Below are positions 63,130 to 64,000 of a stretch of 64,000 nt of DNA, piece by piece. The notes below the pieces were generated by a model, which saw only the letters and a list, made by a program, of their open reading frames with translations, did not search any database and was not told the DNA's origin. The DNA is from Squalus acanthias (taxonomy: Eukaryota). The first letter of the stretch is position 1, and the number at the start of each line of letters is the position of its first letter. The stretch is taken from NCBI GenBank assembly GCA_030390025.1, contig CM059438.1:57600001-57664000 (forward strand). The letters run 5' to 3'. The translations under genes and the position numbers were made by a program.

Positions 63130-64000
63130 CGAATTGGAGTCTGATGAGCCAGTCACGAACAGCCCATCCAAAAGGCCAATTGTCTGTCTGGCTACCTCCT
63201 CTCTCCCTCCTGTTCTTGTTCCTTATCCTCCTCGTCCTCATCCTCCTCTCCCTCGTCCTCCTCCTGAGGTGATCCCGCAATCCATGGTGGCAAGGGATGT
63301 GCCATCATGATGGTCAAATTGTGGAGCATGCAGCAGACCACCACGAAATGGGACACCCGCTCAGCCGAGTACTGGAGGGCTCCTCCCGAGCGGTCAAGGC
63401 AGCGGAACCGTTGCTTCAGTCGGCCAATGGTCTGCTCGATGACATTCCTGGAGGCAGCATGACTCTCATTATATGAGTGCTGAGCACGAGTATTGGGGTT
63501 GTGGAGGGGAGTCATGAGCCAGGTGGAGAGCGGATAGCTCTTGTCTCCGAGCAGCCACCCTCGAGCTTGACGTGGTGGCTGGAAGAGTGCTGGCACACAG
63601 TCTGGTGCAGGATGAAGGCATCGTGGCTGCTGCCAGGATAGCGGGCATTAACATTGAGGATTCACTGTGTGGTTGCACACCAACTGCACATTAAGTGAGT
63701 GGTAGCCTTTGCAGTTACAGAAGATCTCAGGATTGTTATGTGGTGCCCGCAAAGCCACGTGGGTGCAGTTGATGGCGCCCTGCACCATGGGGAAGCCCGC
63801 TATCCTGGCAAAGCCACATGCATGCTCGTCCTGCTTCTCTCTGGTGATGGGGGAGCCAATGCAATCCCGTCTCGTGGTGTAGAGAGCCTCACTGACCTCC
63901 CGGATGCAGCGATGGACGGCGAACTGTGAGATATTAGCTCTGTTTCCTGCTGCAGACTGGAAGGATCAGCTGGCGAAGATATTGAGGGCCACGGTGACCT
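63130..64000 (-). pseudogene. Harbinger DDE transposase (cut by window end), frameshifted
   Basis: [50 protein letters not shown] plus acidic tail. Confidence 0.93.

Overview
Eukaryotic, vertebrate-type genomic DNA, not prokaryotic. The repeat families (CR1-clade LINEs with an esterase ORF1, a second non-LTR family, Penelope-like elements, intron-containing Harbinger elements) suggest a cartilaginous fish; this is an inference. Most of the window is transposon-derived, and most long ORFs in the track are satellite artefacts, LINE ORF1/ORF2 fragments, or Harbinger Myb/SANT and transposase fragments. The main non-TE signal is invisible to the ORF track: at least eight tandemly duplicated micro-exon cassettes on the minus strand between about 45.5 kb and 6.1 kb. 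Each is 27, 30 or 36 nt, has canonical AG/GT ends, and all share only one common open frame (phase 2-2). Most are embedded in homologous intronic flanks that are in places better conserved than the exons. Spliced together they encode an unidentified Ser/Pro-rich repeat peptide, possibly ending in a terminal exon at 4968-4833. Also present: a 2.5-kb 20-bp satellite containing a perfect 102-bp palindrome, three minimal hammerhead ribozyme motifs in Penelope-like termini, a multi-level TE nest, and a twin-priming 5' inversion.
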